Position numbers and translations under genes: made by a program. The notes under the pieces were generated by a model, which made no database searches, was not told the DNA's origin, and saw nothing but the letters and a program-made list of their open reading frames with translations. A stretch of DNA of 64,000 nt from Polyangiaceae bacterium (GTDB lineage Bacteria > Myxococcota_A > Polyangia > Polyangiales > Polyangiaceae). This document shows, piece after piece, positions 61,750 to 64,000 of the stretch. How positions within the stretch are numbered: position 1 is the stretch's first letter; the number at the start of each line of letters is the position of its first letter. The stretch is from assembly GCA_965222375.1 (NCBI GenBank), contig CBDCTZ010000016.1, positions 2,816,001 to 2,880,000 of the forward strand, written 5' to 3'.

Positions 61750-62082
61750 TCCAAGCGCCAGAGCCAAACCCTGGTCGACCTGCATCATGACCCGCTGGGA
61801 TAGGGAGCCCTGTTGTTCGGCAAACAGCGACTTGTCGACCGTCATCACCTGACAGACCAGAATCACAGACGGCTTGGGCAGACCGCTCTGTTTAGGGGCA
61901 ACTTCGACATTTCCAATCGCCAAGGCTCGCTGGAGGTTGGATGTGAGGGGCGCGACCATGACCGTCCCGAGCAGGCTGTCGGTGAGCAAGTCATCCTGGA
62001 CGACGAGTACGGGTCGTCGAAACCCTGGTTGAGACCCGTGAGGCTCAGCGAGATCCAACCACCAGACTTGTCCGCGCTTCAT
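61729..62082 (-). CDS. mazF: PemK/MazF-family toxin
   Basis: MKRGQVWW, GSQPGFRRPVLVVQ, VAPLTS, SGLPKPS, QVMTVDK. Confidence 0.93.
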   Translation of the reverse strand: MKRGQVWWLDLAEPHGSQPGFRRPVLVVQDDLLTDSLLGTVMVAPLTSNLQRALAIGNVEVAPKQSGLPKPSVILVCQVMTVDKSLFAEQQGSLSQRVMMQVDQGLALALGLRQSRV

Positions 62083-62321
62083 TCCCATTCCACGTCAAGC
62101 AGCGCTTGGCGGGTGACCTCTCTGCGCACTGCATCCGCTTCCGAGTCAGAACCCGAGCCGAACGCTGCGTTGTAGGAATCCGTGATGCTCCGCTCGAGCC
62201 GAGTCGCCAGAAATGCCCGGACCGCCCGAGTAAACAGCTCACTACGAGAGAGTCCAAGGCGTTTGGCTGCTTGCTCGGCTTGCTCAAACACATCGTCCGG
62301 GATGGAGATGGCGGTCTTCAT
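62079..62321 (-). CDS. Ribbon-helix-helix antitoxin (ChpI/MazE6-like)
   Basis: MKTAISIPDDVF, LGLSRSELF; ATGA overlap with the toxin. Confidence 0.9.
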   Translation of the reverse strand: MKTAISIPDDVFEQAEQAAKRLGLSRSELFTRAVRAFLATRLERSITDSYNAAFGSGSDSEADAVRREVTRQALLDVEWE

Positions 62322-62327
62322 GACTCG

Positions 62328-62346
62328 AGTATAACCCGAGTTATAC
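62328..62346 (-). promoter_or_regulatory. TA operator palindrome overlapping a -10 box
   Basis: GTATAAC-CCGA-GTTATAC (62329-62346); minus-strand TATACT lies 6 nt before the ATG. Confidence 0.7.
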
Positions 62347-62523
62347 CATTGGACCAGCTCCGGGAAGCCAGCACGTTTCTAGCAGCCGATCTCAGAAGGC
62401 GGCGTTGCCGGGAGCGGGGGGTAGGGGATGGCGTCACGCGGCAATCGGTCGAAACAAGCCATTGCGCGTGCACCCGATGCGCGCTTGGCCCCGAACCGAG
62501 AGACACGCTCGCGCGGCTCTGCG

Positions 62524-63510
62524 CTACTGCGCGGAGCGCGCGCAGCGGAACGCGTAGGCGCCGGCGTTGATCCCGTGGGTGACTCGACGTGCCACGGGAT
62601 CCACAGCATCCGTAGCGGTGCGTCGATCGCCGCCGCGGGCGGCTGTTACTACTTTCTGCGGGGGCCATTCGCACTTTCCTGGACCGGCAGGGCAATCAGG
62701 TAGATTGAGCGGCATGGCGGTGTAGTTTTCCCCATACACCTCCGGAGATGGCGCTAGCATTTCCCAGAATCCGCCGATCAGGTCGTACACGCCCTCGGGA
62801 GAAGGTCGGTAAGTGGCAACCAGGCTGATGTCGGCGTGCCCATCAGACGGATTGGGAGTGCCGCAGCTGGTCGAATCGAGGTTGGCGTCGCTACAACGCG
62901 GCGCGCGATCACCCCAGGGAAACTGGCGCGTCCCCCCAGCGGTTACGATGTACTCCCACTCAGCCTCGGTGAGCCAACGTTTGCCGAAGCGGCCACACAG
63001 CTCTTGTACGTCCTCCACGGCTTCAACAGCGTCCCAGGTTTGGCGTCCGAAATGAATGCCGAGCGGTTGATACAGATGTCTGCCGCAACTCAGGTCGCCA
63101 GACGGACAATCCGTATTCTGCGCCGGCACCCGATGGAAGACTCGCACCGTAGCATCGACCCAAAATGGCTCGACCGTCACTGTCCTGGGCTGGTCGCGCA
63201 GCGGACACTCGGTCGGATCAGGCGGGATTTCTAGAGCTCCAGCCCGGTCGCAATAGCCTGCACCCATCACGAAGGTGCCACCAGCAAAGAAGATTTCCTT
63301 GACGGTGCACACGCCGTCGACCATCTCGTGGCTGGGGGGGCAACCTGACTTGGGATACGTCGGGATGGGCTTGTCCTCGTCGGTGGTGCCACCGCAGGCC
63401 ACGGCGCATAGCGCGCAGCAGAGGACCGTGAATCGATGGCCGGGCACGATCAGCTCCAGCGCCGCAACCCCAGCCCAACGACGCCAAGTGTGATCAGGAG
63501 CATCGACCAA
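62524..63510 (-). CDS. SUMF1/FGE-sulfatase-domain lipoprotein
   Basis: AVAC lipobox, GGTFVMG, LTEAEWEY, FPWG, SPEGVYDLIG, RGG, FRCAR. Start 63510 or 63447. Confidence 0.85.
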   Translation of the reverse strand: MVDAPDHTWRRWAGVAALELIVPGHRFTVLCCALCAVACGGTTDEDKPIPTYPKSGCPPSHEMVDGVCTVKEIFFAGGTFVMGAGYCDRAGALEIPPDPTECPLRDQPRTVTVEPFWVDATVRVFHRVPAQNTDCPSGDLSCGRHLYQPLGIHFGRQTWDAVEAVEDVQELCGRFGKRWLTEAEWEYIVTAGGTRQFPWGDRAPRCSDANLDSTSCGTPNPSDGHADISLVATYRPSPEGVYDLIGGFWEMLAPSPEVYGENYTAMPLNLPDCPAGPGKCEWPPQKVVTAARGGDRRTATDAVDPVARRVTHGINAGAYAFRCARSAQ

Positions 63511-63618
63511 GGTGTTGTGGGTGAGCGTTCACCCGCAAGTGTCCACAAATCTCGATTCATCACCGCTTCCTGCGCGGCGAGACAGGCAGAGCTGACGAGT
63601 GCCCGCTAAGCACCAGCG

Positions 63619-64000
63619 CTACTCCCCGGAGCGCGCGCAGCGGAATGCGTAGGCGCCGGCGTTGATCCCGTGGGTGATTCGACGTGCCACGGGATCCACA
63701 GCATCCGGAGCGGTGCGTCGATCGCCGCCGCGGGCGGCCGTTACTACCTTCTGCGGGGGCCATTCGCACTTTCCTGGACCGGCGGGGCAATCAGGTAGAT
63801 TGAGCGGCACGGCGGTGTAGTTTTCCCCATACACCTCCGGTGACGGCGCTAGCATTTCCCAGAATCCACCGATCAGATCGTACACGCCCTCCGGTGAGGG
63901 TCGGTAGGTGGCAACTAGACTGATGTCGTCGTGCCCATCCGAGGGGTTGGGTGTGCCGCAGTTGGTCGAATCGAGATTGGCGTCGCTGCAACGCGGCGCG
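63619..64000 (-). CDS. Second SUMF1/FGE-sulfatase-domain protein, 3' part (tandem paralogue)
   Basis: Aligns without gaps to 62524-62905; runs off the window. Confidence 0.85.
   Translation of the reverse strand, partial: APRCSDANLDSTNCGTPNPSDGHDDISLVATYRPSPEGVYDLIGGFWEMLAPSPEVYGENYTAVPLNLPDCPAGPGKCEWPPQKVVTAARGGDRRTAPDAVDPVARRITHGINAGAYAFRCARSGE

Noticed and set aside
62524..64000. Diversity-generating retroelement TR/VR pair in FGE-sulfatase genes
   Set aside because: Mismatches are not confined to adenines of one copy, are mostly synonymous, both copies are coding, and no reverse transcriptase is in the window.

Overview
GC-rich bacterial chromosomal window, most likely Myxococcota (Polyangiales-like), inferred from a MYXO-CTERM protein, many Gly/Cys-rich lipoproteins and Hanks-type kinases. 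Housekeeping genes: fhs (partial), sucA-sucB and lpdA, fadI-fadJ, acyl-CoA dehydrogenase, peroxiredoxin, tsaC/sua5 and sahR-ahcY. Accessory content: an aac(3)-IV-like acetyltransferase lying between sucB and lpdA; a lipoprotein kinase with clear FAM20C/four-jointed motifs head-to-head with a polysaccharide deacetylase; an IS1182 element in the fadJ stop codon (CTAG duplication); a nested mobile cluster at 46.9-51.0 kb (truncated IS110, Rpn remnant with an intact RpnS-like antitoxin frame, IS481-like integrase and a second copy of its right end); a mazEF-type pair; tandem FGE-sulfatase paralogues; two G-run frameshifts; several palindromes and REP-like repeats. No rRNA, tRNA, CRISPR array or reverse transcriptase was recognised. 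Family calls come from motif recognition by eye, without database searches.
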